From Verrucomicrobiota bacterium (GTDB lineage Bacteria > Verrucomicrobiota > Verrucomicrobiia > Opitutales > Seribacteraceae), in contig JAQBYT010000001.1 of NCBI GenBank assembly GCA_027622665.1, positions 352,001-416,000 on the forward strand: a stretch of DNA of 64,000 nucleotides. Reading direction: 5' to 3'. A model generated the notes under the pieces. The model did not search any database and was not told the DNA's origin. It saw nothing but the letters and a program-made list of their open reading frames with translations. Numbering within the stretch: the first letter of the stretch is position 1; the number at the start of each line of letters is the position of its first letter. The translations under genes and the position numbers were made by a program. This document shows positions 1-10,222 of the stretch, piece by piece.

Positions 1-2556
1 GCTCCAAAAGCCTCTGTCGGAAAAATTACGCCTGTGCGACGACCATGGCTGGCGGCAGGTCTTGCTGTGGCTGCTCTTGTCTGTTTGGTGAGCCTGCTTG
101 ATTACGACGGACAAGGACATGCAGACCCAAGTGTAGGGGAGCCCCATTTACTGGGAGGAGTTGGAGAATTTTTATCGGATCAGATGTTGGCCAGCTTGGG
201 ATTGGGAGCATGGCTTTTGCCTTGGGCTTTTGGCTGTGCCTCGTTTCTTACCTTTGCCGAAAGCACAAAGTCCATGAGAATCCGAAAACTTACCACCATC
301 GGTTTGGTCATCATCTCAATCTCGACTTTAGCCAACCTGAGAGACGCCGGATTCAGGGCCGAAGGCGGGGAACCTCTTCTCGATAAAGATCTCTACCGCC
401 ACGGAGCCGGCGGTTCCTTGGGTGGGGTTTTATATTCAGGTGTTCCGCTACACGCGCCGCCAGAGGTTCGTTCGGGCGGCTTTCTAGGCCAATGGCTAGG
501 GGGGTTGGGTACGGGGCTTCTGATGAGCATAACTCTTGGCGGCTGTTTGCTTCTTCATTGGTCCGTCAAGCCAAACTTGGCGTTCGTCGGTCTACAAGGA
601 TGGACAAGAGGCTTGCGGGAGCGCTTGTCCGTGGGAGCCAAAAACCTCAGTGGTTCAGAAGAAGCCCCGAGCCCGAAGCAAAAGAAAGAGAAAACTCAGT
701 CGGTCGGTGAACCAGACGCGACGGTTGCTCAAAAGAAAAACTCCATTTTTAGCCGAAAAAAAGAAGAGGACGACATCCTCTTCGGAAAAGTTGGCTCGGA
801 ATCAGATGCCGTCGAGGCAACACCCTCGACACCAAAAATAAAGAAAAAATCACTTCCTGAAGAGCAAGACCTCTCTGCGGAGGAGGAAAATGCCCCCCCC
901 GTACCTGAACTCAAAAAAGCGTTGAAGCCTGTGCCGGGGGAGGTATTAGAGGCAGCCGAGGACAAGAGCGTAGATGGCTTTAGGATAGTAAGAGCAGCCA
1001 AAACCGAAAAAGCTGCAAACCTGTTCCCCGAACGAAAAGGCGACTATCACTTCCCCACTCTTGATCTTCTCATGGATCCACCCGAAGAAGAGGACTCGGC
1101 CGACGAAGATCATATGATCAAGGCTGTCCGTCTAAGGGACACTCTGGCCCAATTCAAGATCGAGGTTGAACTTGGCGAAGTTCACACAGGACCCGTCATA
1201 ACGAGATACGACATTCATCCTGCAGCAGGCATAAAAGTAGCAAAAATTGCAAACCTTGAAAAAGACCTCGCAATGGCCCTAAAAGCCGAAAGCGTGAGGA
1301 TCATTGCTCCCGTTCCCGGAAAAGGATGCGTAGGCATCGAGGTGCCCAACGACAAGCCCGCTGCCGTCTGCCTTAAAGAAATTTTGGAATCAAAGGCTTG
1401 GGCAGATGCAAACGCCGAGATTCCAATTGTTTTAGGCAAAGATGCCAGCGGTATTCCACTCGTAGCAGACCTCACAAAAATGCCTCACCTGCTGGTTGCG
1501 GGAACCACTGGTTCGGGCAAGACAGTTTGCATCAACACAATTATTGCATCCCTATGTTACCATTCGAGTCCCGAGGACGTCCGCTTTATCATGGTGGATC
1601 CAAAGATCGTTGAGATGAAAGTCTACAACGATCTTCCTCACATGCTCATCCCCGTCGTTACCGAACCCAAAAAGGTTCCGGGCGCACTTAAGTGGTTACT
1701 CATCGAAATGGAACGCCGCTACCAAATTTTCTCAAAAGTGGGTGCTCGAAATATCGCAGGCTTCAACGCTAAAATTTTAAAGGACAAGAAAGAAAAAGAA
1801 AAGGCGATCGCACTGGAAGCCGAAATGACCCCCGAGGAGCGAGCTGCATTGTCAAGCATTGAGGTTCCTCGGGACGACAGTGTTTTGGAAATCCCGGAAA
1901 ACAAACTTCCCTACATCGTCTGCTTTATTGACGAACTCGCCGACCTTATGATGGTGGCACAAGCCGATGTCGAAACCGGGATTGCTCGCTTGGCCCAGTT
2001 GGCCAGGGCGGCAGGCATACACCTAATAATCGCCACCCAGCGACCATCCGTCAACGTCATCACCGGCGTTATCAAGGCTAATCTCCCCAGCCGTATCTCT
2101 TTTCGTGTAGCATCCTATCGAGACAGCCAAACCATACTCGACTCCAAGGGGGCGGAAACATTAATCGGGCGAGGTGACATGCTTTTCATTCCACCTGGCA
2201 GTCCGGTATTTATACGGGCCCAAGGAGCATTCGTCAGCGATGATGAAATCAACGGCATCGTAGAATACTTAAAACGAAACGGCCCGCCGGAAATCATTGA
2301 AGAAGTACGTGCTCAAGTAGAGGCGGCCGGACAAGAAGAAATTCTTGGAGAAGATGGAGATAGCGACGAAGATCCTATGGTCAAGAGAGCCATTGAAATA
2401 ATTCGCACCACCAAACGAGCCTCGACCTCCAACTTGCAAAGGAAACTGAGCATAGGCTACAATCGAGCTGCTCGCATAATGGATGAGTTGGAAGACCGAG
2501 GAATGGTCGGGCCTGACTATGGTTCACAAGGTAGAGAAATTCTCTTGGACTTGTGA
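1..2556 (+). CDS. ftsK: DNA translocase FtsK (frame is open back to window start; may be 5'-truncated)
   Basis: N-terminal TM segments and acidic linker; Walker A GTTGSGKT; IDELADLM; LARAAGIHLIIATQRPSV; GAETLIGRGDML; C-terminal gamma domain ASTSNLQRKLSIGYNRAARIMD. Confidence 0.97.
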   Translation, partial: APKASVGKITPVRRPWLAAGLAVAALVCLVSLLDYDGQGHADPSVGEPHLLGGVGEFLSDQMLASLGLGAWLLPWAFGCASFLTFAESTKSMRIRKLTTIGLVIISISTLANLRDAGFRAEGGEPLLDKDLYRHGAGGSLGGVLYSGVPLHAPPEVRSGGFLGQWLGGLGTGLLMSITLGGCLLLHWSVKPNLAFVGLQGWTRGLRERLSVGAKNLSGSEEAPSPKQKKEKTQSVGEPDATVAQKKNSIFSRKKEEDDILFGKVGSESDAVEATPSTPKIKKKSLPEEQDLSAEEENAPPVPELKKALKPVPGEVLEAAEDKSVDGFRIVRAAKTEKAANLFPERKGDYHFPTLDLLMDPPEEEDSADEDHMIKAVRLRDTLAQFKIEVELGEVHTGPVITRYDIHPAAGIKVAKIANLEKDLAMALKAESVRIIAPVPGKGCVGIEVPNDKPAAVCLKEILESKAWADANAEIPIVLGKDASGIPLVADLTKMPHLLVAGTTGSGKTVCINTIIASLCYHSSPEDVRFIMVDPKIVEMKVYNDLPHMLIPVVTEPKKVPGALKWLLIEMERRYQIFSKVGARNIAGFNAKILKDKKEKEKAIALEAEMTPEERAALSSIEVPRDDSVLEIPENKLPYIVCFIDELADLMMVAQADVETGIARLAQLARAAGIHLIIATQRPSVNVITGVIKANLPSRISFRVASYRDSQTILDSKGAETLIGRGDMLFIPPGSPVFIRAQGAFVSDDEINGIVEYLKRNGPPEIIEEVRAQVEAAGQEEILGEDGDSDEDPMVKRAIEIIRTTKRASTSNLQRKLSIGYNRAARIMDELEDRGMVGPDYGSQGREILLDL

Positions 2557-2655
2557 CACGTCAACTGGTTAAAGTAAGTCCATGAAAAAAAATCTTGAGG
2601 AAAGACGGTTGCTGATTGAATCCCGCCACCTGTTGTGCCTTAAGTTAACTTAATT

Positions 2656-3483
2656 ATGGCATCCATCGGACAAAAGCTGGAAGAAGCTCGTAATAGAAAA
2701 GGCATTTCTATACGCGAAGCGGAAGAAGCTACTAAGATTAGAGGCCACTTTCTTGCCTCTTTTGAAAAAGACGCCTTTGATGTAGATTTGCCACCGGTTT
2801 ATTTGAGCGGTTTCCTCAAGAATTATGCTCGCTTTCTTGGGCTAGATCCTGAGGCGGTCCTCGCAGAGCTTGATGTCTTGTTGCCCAGTCGCTCGGGCAA
2901 GACTGCCAAGAAGTCACTGGGTTCCATTACCTCTAGCAGTGAAGGCGAGGAAACCGAGGGAGCCTCTGGTTCCACGACTCAATCGGCGGCAACAGAACCT
3001 CGTCGCGGGTCGCCTCTTTCTAACTCTAGACAAACCGGTACTCAAGGTGTTCTCAAGCCTGTCATCGTAATTACTTCCGGGGCATTGATCCTCGTAGGTA
3101 TAATTGTAGCCTTGGTTTATGTCTTAAGCAAGCCGGATGCTCCAAGCTCTCCTCCCAATAATTCAGCTATTACTGAGAGAGGGACGACAGCGGCAGATTC
3201 GGACGGCGGTGCATCTGTTAAAAAAATTACGCTTCGGCTTGCCGCCTACGGTCCAATCGAAAGACTGATTCTCTCAGACGATGGGGCCAAGCCGTCTCAA
3301 AAAAAATATTATGACCGACAGTCCCTTAAGGCCGGATGGGAAGAAAGCTTCAGCATCAATGGTTCTTTCCGCTGCTACTCCTCTTCCTTGGAAAACATTC
3401 GCTATATAATCAACGATGGACAAGAGCTTGTTCCGAAGAAAAGTGGTAAAGGTAGTTTTGTTTGGCCACTGGAAAAGGAATAG
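2656..3483 (+). CDS. rodZ: RodZ-like HTH_25 membrane protein
   Basis: SIGQKLEEARNRKGISI...TKIR...GFLKNYARFLGLD helix-turn-helix, low-complexity linker, single TM helix, periplasmic C-terminus; lies directly after ftsK. Confidence 0.8.
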   Translation: MASIGQKLEEARNRKGISIREAEEATKIRGHFLASFEKDAFDVDLPPVYLSGFLKNYARFLGLDPEAVLAELDVLLPSRSGKTAKKSLGSITSSSEGEETEGASGSTTQSAATEPRRGSPLSNSRQTGTQGVLKPVIVITSGALILVGIIVALVYVLSKPDAPSSPPNNSAITERGTTAADSDGGASVKKITLRLAAYGPIERLILSDDGAKPSQKKYYDRQSLKAGWEESFSINGSFRCYSSSLENIRYIINDGQELVPKKSGKGSFVWPLEKE

Positions 3484-3489
3484 CGTACC

Positions 3490-6447
3490 TCAATCTCGGG
3501 CTGCCGGGGTAATGTCCAGTTTCAGCGTTTCGCCTTTGCGATTGACCTCTATGATCGCCGCGACCTTTGGCTTCAATTCACCGATGGCATCGGTATAGTC
3601 ATAAACATTTTCCACTTTCTTGCCCGCCAAGCTGATGATTACATCACCACCTCGAAGCCCCGCCTTATCGGCAGGACCGCCTTTTGCAACACCTGACAGC
3701 AAGACTCCCTTCAGGTCGCTTTGAGAGTAGTCGGGAATTGTCCCAAGGTAAGCCGTTAGGCGGCCACGGCTACGGCTTTTCGGGGCCGGCGAGGACCGGT
3801 AAGGGATGGGGGCATCACGTTGAAGTAACTCCATGGCAACCCGAGCAAGAAGTTTACCGCAATCGGCGGCCGCTTCGTAATCGAGTTTATCCGCCGTATC
3901 CGTGGGGGCGTGATAGTCTTGGTGAAGACCCGTGAATGCACTAAGAATCGGAACGCCCCGAGAGTAAAAAGATGTGGTATCGGTTGGCAAGTGGCTGTCG
4001 TTTTGCAGGTTGAGGTTCAACCCTACGGGCACATTCGCTTTCTCGATAATTGGAAGCCATCCATCGCCCGAACCGATGCCGTGCAGGGTGAGTTTCTCTT
4101 TGTACCGACCAACCATGTCCAGATTCAGGTAGGCAATAATGGGTAAACTCGCGTTGTCGTCACTTGCCTTAACCTTTTTCTCAAGATCACGGGCATAATG
4201 CGCAGAGCCAACAAGCCCAATTTCCTCGCCCGACCATGCGGCAAAGCAAATGTCGAAATTCATCTTCAGCAAACCACGCTTTTTTAGATCGGCCAAAAAC
4301 TGGGCTATTTCCAAAAGAACTGCAATTCCGGAGGCGTTGTCGTCGGCACCAGGATGTATTTTCTTTTTAGCGTTTTTCTTTGCTCGAGATCCGACTCGTC
4401 CTTTGCCGACATGATCCAGATGAGCTCCGATCACAATAAATAGCGTCGAGGGCTTCTTGCCAGCCCGCAACCATCCCAAAACATTGCGACCCGTTCCTTT
4501 CTCTCGAATTATTTCTATTTCTGCCTCCAGCTGAATGCCTTTGAGGGAAAAGCCCATTGCAGGTTCCCCTTTGTCGAACGCGTTCTGCACTGTCTGCAGG
4601 TCCTTTCCGGCTAAGGTGAATATATTTGAGGCAAGCTGATCATCAATTGACGCGGTCAGTAGAGACATTCCAGAACCAGAGGCATCCGGGAAGAAGCTAA
4701 CCAGTTCCTTTCTGTTCTCCGCGTTTGGACCCGTGACAAATAGTACACCCGCGGCTCCAAGGTCACGGGCAATAGAAGCTTTTTTTCGTAGCGCTGCATG
4801 ACTCGCAAATTTATCTTTGCGTTTCTTCTCCCATCCACTCGGCAGATAGCGAAGCACCATCACCCATTTGTCTTTAACATCAAGATGAACATAAGAATCG
4901 TATTCTGAAAAGCCGTCCTTGGGTGGTATTTGTAGACCGTAACCAGCAAAAACCACATCTCGAGAGTCCTTGGCTGCAGTATCGGAAAAGGCGATCGGCC
5001 GCCAGTTCTTCTCTAACTCAAAAGCAATACTCTCCTTATTCTTAATTCGCAGAAAATTTTCCTTTCCGAGCCTTACTTCCTTTGTGAATGGGAATGCTTG
5101 AAACCAGGATCGATTGTTTCCCGCAGGCTCGATACCGTAAGAAGCAAGAAGGTCGGCCACATACTTGGAGGCCAATCGAGCTCCTTGCGATCCCGTGAAA
5201 CGGCCCTCAAGTTTTTCAGAAGCAAGGTATTCGACATGAACCCGAGCGTCCGCGGGATCAATATCCGGAGAAGAGTGGTTCGCGGTGACCGACTCTCGCA
5301 GGTCCTCCGATTTATTGAGCCGAGGGACTTCACCAGCAGCAGCGAGTAAATCCATCGCCGCTTCGTGATCCCATCTAGCAAGGTGAATCTGGGACTGTTT
5401 TGCAGTTCCTCGATTACTCGTCCAAGACAAGGATTTTCCATCTGGCGAAAAACAGGGCAGACCGTCAAAACCATCTGTAAAAGTAACGCGAGCAGGTTCT
5501 TTAGCACCCTTTGCGTCGACAAGATAAAGTTCAAAGTTCTGAAAACCGTGTACATTGGTTGAAAAGATTAAGTATTTTCCCGAAGGATGAAAGAATGGCG
5601 CCCATGACATCTTCCCGAGATTTGTTAGCTTTCTCTGCTCAGACCCATCCACATTCATGACATAGATTTCAGCCTGGTGACCGTTTTCGGAAAATCGGCG
5701 CCAGCATATCTGGGTGCCATCGGCATTAAAGAAGGGCCCTCCATCGTAACCCGCTACATTCGTGAGACGGCGCAGGTTGGAACCATCTGAATTCATAAGG
5801 AAAATTTCGGAAAAATATGATTTGTCTCGTTCCAGAATTTTCTTCTCCTCTTCCGAAAGGTCCCGTTGGTAAGCTTGGCGATTGGAGGCAAATACTATAA
5901 GCTTTCCGTTTGGGGAATAGCATCCCTCGGCATCGTAACCACGGGCATTTGTAAGGTTGCGAAGGTTTCCGGATTTCAAGTCTTTTTCAAAAATGTCGTA
6001 CCACTCGTCGTAGTCCCATGAATACTTTCGAGCCTGGCCTGACTCACGGAACTCCAGTTCCACCTTCTGCTTATCCTTCGCAGCCGGGTCTTCGTGACTG
6101 GATGCGAAAAGAGCCTTTTCCTCGAACGGATGAAGCCATGAGCAGGTCGTCTTGCCTGAACCTGTGGACACAAGATCCGTTTCCCCCGTTTCCAAATCGA
6201 GAACATAGATTTGATAGAATGGGTTTTCAGGTAGCCGTTCCGATTGGTAAATAAGCTTCTTCCCGTCTGCTGAAAAATAGCCCTCGCCGCTACGCTTACC
6301 CGCGAAAGTAAGTTTCCGCCCACGCGAAAGCAGTCGGCCCTCGTTTTCCTTGACTTGCTTTTCCGTTAGTTCCGACTCCAACGGTTTTGTAGCAGTCGGT
6401 ATCGCAAATAGGGCCAGAGTGGTGAAAAAGGTTATTGTCATAATCAA
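3490..6447 (-). CDS. M28 family aminopeptidase with N-terminal TolB/PD40 beta-propeller, PA domain and C-terminal PDZ
   Basis: Signal peptide; PD40 repeats (GEGYFSADG, YDAEGCYSPNG, YDGGPFF); PA domain (VVFAGYG, LDVKDKWV); M28 motifs GAHLDH, GADDNASG, SGEEIGL, NLDMVG, H-x-DYH; PDZ YLGTIPDY...GGPADKAGL. Confidence 0.93.
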   Translation of the reverse strand: MIMTITFFTTLALFAIPTATKPLESELTEKQVKENEGRLLSRGRKLTFAGKRSGEGYFSADGKKLIYQSERLPENPFYQIYVLDLETGETDLVSTGSGKTTCSWLHPFEEKALFASSHEDPAAKDKQKVELEFRESGQARKYSWDYDEWYDIFEKDLKSGNLRNLTNARGYDAEGCYSPNGKLIVFASNRQAYQRDLSEEEKKILERDKSYFSEIFLMNSDGSNLRRLTNVAGYDGGPFFNADGTQICWRRFSENGHQAEIYVMNVDGSEQRKLTNLGKMSWAPFFHPSGKYLIFSTNVHGFQNFELYLVDAKGAKEPARVTFTDGFDGLPCFSPDGKSLSWTSNRGTAKQSQIHLARWDHEAAMDLLAAAGEVPRLNKSEDLRESVTANHSSPDIDPADARVHVEYLASEKLEGRFTGSQGARLASKYVADLLASYGIEPAGNNRSWFQAFPFTKEVRLGKENFLRIKNKESIAFELEKNWRPIAFSDTAAKDSRDVVFAGYGLQIPPKDGFSEYDSYVHLDVKDKWVMVLRYLPSGWEKKRKDKFASHAALRKKASIARDLGAAGVLFVTGPNAENRKELVSFFPDASGSGMSLLTASIDDQLASNIFTLAGKDLQTVQNAFDKGEPAMGFSLKGIQLEAEIEIIREKGTGRNVLGWLRAGKKPSTLFIVIGAHLDHVGKGRVGSRAKKNAKKKIHPGADDNASGIAVLLEIAQFLADLKKRGLLKMNFDICFAAWSGEEIGLVGSAHYARDLEKKVKASDDNASLPIIAYLNLDMVGRYKEKLTLHGIGSGDGWLPIIEKANVPVGLNLNLQNDSHLPTDTTSFYSRGVPILSAFTGLHQDYHAPTDTADKLDYEAAADCGKLLARVAMELLQRDAPIPYRSSPAPKSRSRGRLTAYLGTIPDYSQSDLKGVLLSGVAKGGPADKAGLRGGDVIISLAGKKVENVYDYTDAIGELKPKVAAIIEVNRKGETLKLDITPAARD

Positions 6448-6643
6448 TTTAAAAGTCGGTTGAGGTTAGGAGCCAAAAGCTTTGGATAAGAATAGGGGTA
6501 GGAGAACATTAAGGTTACTTGAATAACGCTGCCTCACTGGCTCGCAAGCCGGATCGCTTGCAACACAACCAATTTTAATGAAGGGCGAACAGGTTAAAAA
6601 CAGTTGCAATACATTAACATTGGGCAAAGCTTGATGCCTCGAT

Positions 6644-7572
6644 ATGAAATTTCACAATAGAGTTCTTATTGGTCTAGTTTGCATGATGGGACTTTCCAGT
6701 TTTTGTATCGCAGAAACCTCGTGGCCTGACTACCGAGGTCCCAATCAAGACGGCTCGATCAACGGCCTGGATCTCCCGCTTCAATGGAGCGAGGGCAATC
6801 GGGTCTTATGGAAAACGGTCGTTCACGGTCGTGGTTGGTCGAGCCCCGTAGTTGCCGCTGGTCAAGTATGGCTCACGACCGCAACGCCAGATGGCCGGGA
6901 ACTGTATGTCCTTTGCGTCGACGCTAACTCGGGGGGAATTCTCCTCAATCGTAAGCTCTTTCAAATTGCCAAGCCTCAATTCGCACACGCCTTTAACTCT
7001 TACGCATCACCTTCTCCGCTGATCGACAGTTCGCATGTTTATGTTTCCTTTGGTTCACCCGGAACCGGCTTGCCTCGACCTAAAGACGCATAAGATCCTC
7101 TGGGAAAGAACGGATCTAGTATGCGATCATTTTCGTGGTGCGGGTTCATCTCCTTTCGTTTACGAAAATTTAATTATTCTAACCATGGACGGGGCAGACT
7201 ACCAATACTTGATCGCCCTCGACAAGCTCACGGGCAACACAGTTTGGCGAACAGACCGATCCACCGACTTCGGCGATCTCGATCCCAACACCGGCTTGCC
7301 CAAACGCGGTGGAGACTTCCGCAAGAGTTACGCCACTCCAGTCCTCGCGCAAGTTAAGGGACAAAGTCAACTCATCAGCCCCGGAGCCAAGGCTGTATTC
7401 GCGTATGACCCTCGCACCGGCAAAGAAATCTGGACTATTAGGTACGGCAATCATTCCAGCGCCGCTCGAACGCTTGTTGGCCATGACATGGCTTTCGTCA
7501 ATACTGGCTACGGAAAAGCCGAGCTTCTTGGTATTCGCATAGATGGCAAAGGCGATGTGACCGACACCCACG
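6644..7572 (+). pseudogene. PQQ-like (BamB-type) beta-propeller protein, 5' part; +1 frameshift at ~7067; cut off by an insertion
   Basis: Signal peptide, WPDYRGP, GWSSPV, NSYASPSP. GGAACCGGCTTGC has one extra G; removing it restores GT-A-CLD. Continues HFRGAGSSP...SYATP...GDVTDTH, then changes abruptly to AT-rich sequence. Confidence 0.88.
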
Positions 7573-7657
7573 AAGGATTGATTTTGATAAAATTTAAGTC
7601 AAGTCATCCATACTAGATTAGATGTTGAAGTATAATATTAACTTTTAAATTCATTGT

Positions 7658-7888
7658 ATGAAAAGAAATAACACTTTATTACTTTTACTTTCTACTTTCA
7701 TCCTCATCAGCTTTGCACCTTCCATAGCTATAGCAAATGGTAGTTTGAGTAATGATAACGAGACTCATTATGATGATAGTGATACCTATGATAATTCTAA
7801 TGATACTGATGAAGATAATACAGAGTCGGAAGATATTGAATCAAACGGATCTGAGGTTGAAGAGAAAAGCGAATATGACAAAGAATAA
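7658..7888 (+). CDS. Small secreted acidic (D/E/N/S-rich) peptide, 76 aa
   Basis: Sec-type signal MKRNNTLLLLLSTFILISFAPSIAIA followed by a ~50-aa highly acidic tail; ends 45 bp before the next ORF. Confidence 0.6.
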   Translation: MKRNNTLLLLLSTFILISFAPSIAIANGSLSNDNETHYDDSDTYDNSNDTDEDNTESEDIESNGSEVEEKSEYDKE

Positions 7889-7933
7889 TAATTTTCTTTC
7901 CATATTTTATCGAAATTCTAATTTGTTACAAAT

Positions 7934-9811
7934 ATGAAGAAGATACTTTATACCCAAAAAACTTTGGGCCCTGTCTCAGATTTAGAGCGTCACTTACCAG
8001 CAGAGTGGTGGAAAACATTATTTAATTCTCTTTATCTTAAAACAGATGGTGATGTAGTCGAAAATAATATTAATACTGAATTTGAGGTAGATCTTCTTAT
8101 TGATAAGTTAGATCTAAAAAAAGAAGATAATATTCTTGATTTATGTTGTGGTCAAGGAAGGCATTCTTTGGAGTTGGGTATGCGAGGCTTTAGCAATGTT
8201 TCTGGAATTGATCGATCTCGATATCTCATAAGATTGGCGCGTAAAAGAGCTCAGAAAAATGGTTTATTCATGCGTTTTTCTGAAGGAGATGCTCGTAAAA
8301 TAAGGCTACAAAGTGATACCCATGACTGCGTTTATTTAATGGGCAATTCTTTTGGTTATTTTGAGCAAGATGATGATGACGCCAATGTATTAAAATCAAT
8401 AAAAAGAATTCTTAAATCAAATGGCAAATTAGCTCTTGATATCACAAATGGAGAATTTTTGCGCAATAATTTTGAGCCTCGTTCATGGGAGTGGATTGAT
8501 CAAAATCAATTCGTGTGCCGTGAGCGCTCTCTTTCGGCTGATCAAGACAGAATTATATCTCGTGAAGTAATTGTTCATGCAGAAAAAGGAGTAATAACCG
8601 ATCAATTTTACGCTGAAAGACTTTATGATGAAAATCAGATTCAATCTTTATTGAAAACAGTTGGATTCGAAAATATTTCTGTAGAAAAAGACAACATAAT
8701 TGCCAGCTCAACTAGAGGTCATGATTTAGGCATGATGGCAAATAGGTTATTTATTACAGCCAAAGCTCCTGAGAAAATTATTCTACAAAAAATAACCGCT
8801 AAAAAGCAAGAAGTTTTGGTACTCCTTGGCGATCACACCTTACCGGACTCAATAAAGAAAAACGGAACTTTTAATGAAGAGGATATTGTCACCATCGACA
8901 AACTGAAGGATAATTTGTCTTTGCTGCCAAATCATAATTTCCAATATTTTGGTAATCATCAAAATTTACTCAAATATTTTCAAAATAATAGACCCCAATT
9001 TGTATTTAATTTATGTGATGAGGGATTTAAAAACGATGCTAATATGGAATTACATATTACAGCGATTTTGGAAATGTTTGGCGTGCCTTACAGTGGAAGC
9101 GGTCCATCTACTCTTGCTCTTTGTTACAATAAATCAATTGTTCGAGCGATTGCTAGTGATTTAGATATAGCAGTTCCTCAAGAAGCTTATTATGGTGACA
9201 TGGATCAAGCAGCATCCTTGGCATCCATATTTCCTGCCTTCTTAAAACCAAATTTTGGTGATAGCTCTATTGGCATTACTAGTGAGGCAGTAGTTCATAA
9301 CTCTAAGCAATTTATGAGTTATCTAGATAAATTGAAAAAAGAGTTTCCTAAAACTCCAATATTAATCCAAGAATTTTTGGAAGGAAATGAATATAGCGTT
9401 GGCATTATTGGCAATCCGGGAAATTACCAAATACTTCCAATTTTAGAGGTTAATTATAGTAATTTACCAAAAGATTTACCAAAAATATTGGGTTATGAGT
9501 CAAAATGGCTACCAGAATCTCCTTATTGGAAAAATATCAGCTATAAAGAAGCTACTATTGGTGAAGAAGATAGACGCCAACTAATCGATTACTCAACAAA
9601 GCTTTTTGAACGAACAGGTTGTCGAGATTATGCCAGATTTGATTTTCGTGCTGATAAAGATGGCATAATTAAACTTCTAGAAGTTAACCCTAATCCTGGA
9701 TGGTGCTGGGATGGTAAGCTAAATATTATGGCTGGATATCAAAACACACCTTATAAAGAATTGCTAGAAATGATTATAATGGCAGCAAAAGAAAGGCTCG
9801 GATTAGTTTAG
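7934..9811 (+). CDS. Class I SAM methyltransferase fused to a D-Ala-D-Ala-ligase-like ATP-grasp domain
   Basis: MTase motif I ILDLCCGQGRH, GIDRS, EGDAR, MGNSFGYF. ATP-grasp motifs VFNLCDE, GVPYSGS, LKPNFGDSSIGI, IQEFLEGNEY, RDYARFDFR, LEVNPNPG. Confidence 0.9.
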   Translation: MKKILYTQKTLGPVSDLERHLPAEWWKTLFNSLYLKTDGDVVENNINTEFEVDLLIDKLDLKKEDNILDLCCGQGRHSLELGMRGFSNVSGIDRSRYLIRLARKRAQKNGLFMRFSEGDARKIRLQSDTHDCVYLMGNSFGYFEQDDDDANVLKSIKRILKSNGKLALDITNGEFLRNNFEPRSWEWIDQNQFVCRERSLSADQDRIISREVIVHAEKGVITDQFYAERLYDENQIQSLLKTVGFENISVEKDNIIASSTRGHDLGMMANRLFITAKAPEKIILQKITAKKQEVLVLLGDHTLPDSIKKNGTFNEEDIVTIDKLKDNLSLLPNHNFQYFGNHQNLLKYFQNNRPQFVFNLCDEGFKNDANMELHITAILEMFGVPYSGSGPSTLALCYNKSIVRAIASDLDIAVPQEAYYGDMDQAASLASIFPAFLKPNFGDSSIGITSEAVVHNSKQFMSYLDKLKKEFPKTPILIQEFLEGNEYSVGIIGNPGNYQILPILEVNYSNLPKDLPKILGYESKWLPESPYWKNISYKEATIGEEDRRQLIDYSTKLFERTGCRDYARFDFRADKDGIIKLLEVNPNPGWCWDGKLNIMAGYQNTPYKELLEMIIMAAKERLGLV

Positions 9812-9897
9812 TCTATGTCAGAGGATAATTATCATATTCGCTCGATTGAAAGTATAGGATCGTTTATACTCCATTGTTTGCTTTTTTCTCTAATTTC

Positions 9898-10222
9898 GTA
9901 CTTCACGATGGCCACCTTTACACTGTAACTGATGGCGGAGTTTCCTCCTGTTATTCATCCCAAAACGGGCAAAGTCATCTGGCAGTCCCGCATCGGCGGA
10001 GAATATTCAGCATCGCTTCTTTTGTCCAATCGAAATATCTACTGTTTTGACCAAGATGGAACCTGTTTAGTTTTTCAAGCCAACCCAAAGGAGTTTATTC
10101 AGGTTTTTAAATCAGAATTAGACGATGGATTCATGTCCTCTCCTGCAGTTTTTTAAAAATCACTTATTTTGTGAACAAAGACACATCTTTATCGCATTCT
10201 AAAAGAAAGGTTAAATAAATGA
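9898..10222 (+). pseudogene. PQQ-like beta-propeller protein, 3' remnant
   Basis: VLHDGHLYTVTDGGVSSC, +1 frameshift, then IHPKTGKVIWQSRIGGEYSAS...DDGFMSSPAVF*KSLIL*TKTHLYRI. Internal stops at 10154 (TAA) and 10172 (TGA). The original stop TGA at 10220-10222 overlaps the next ATG. Confidence 0.85.

Larger units (their letters stand above)
7573..9897. mobile_element. AT-rich foreign insertion (~2.3 kb) with no mobility gene
   Basis: Spot GC count 17/60 at 8041-8100 versus 38/60 at 7261-7320. Lies between the two halves of a single PQQ-propeller gene. Boundaries approximate. Confidence 0.75.

Noticed and set aside
7569..9911. Possible target-site duplication or terminal inverted repeats of the insert (CACGAAGG/CACGATGG; ACGAA...TTCGT)
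   Set aside because: Only 5-8 bp and imperfect, and host codons appear deleted rather than duplicated, so it is not evidence of an IS. No attC site recognised.
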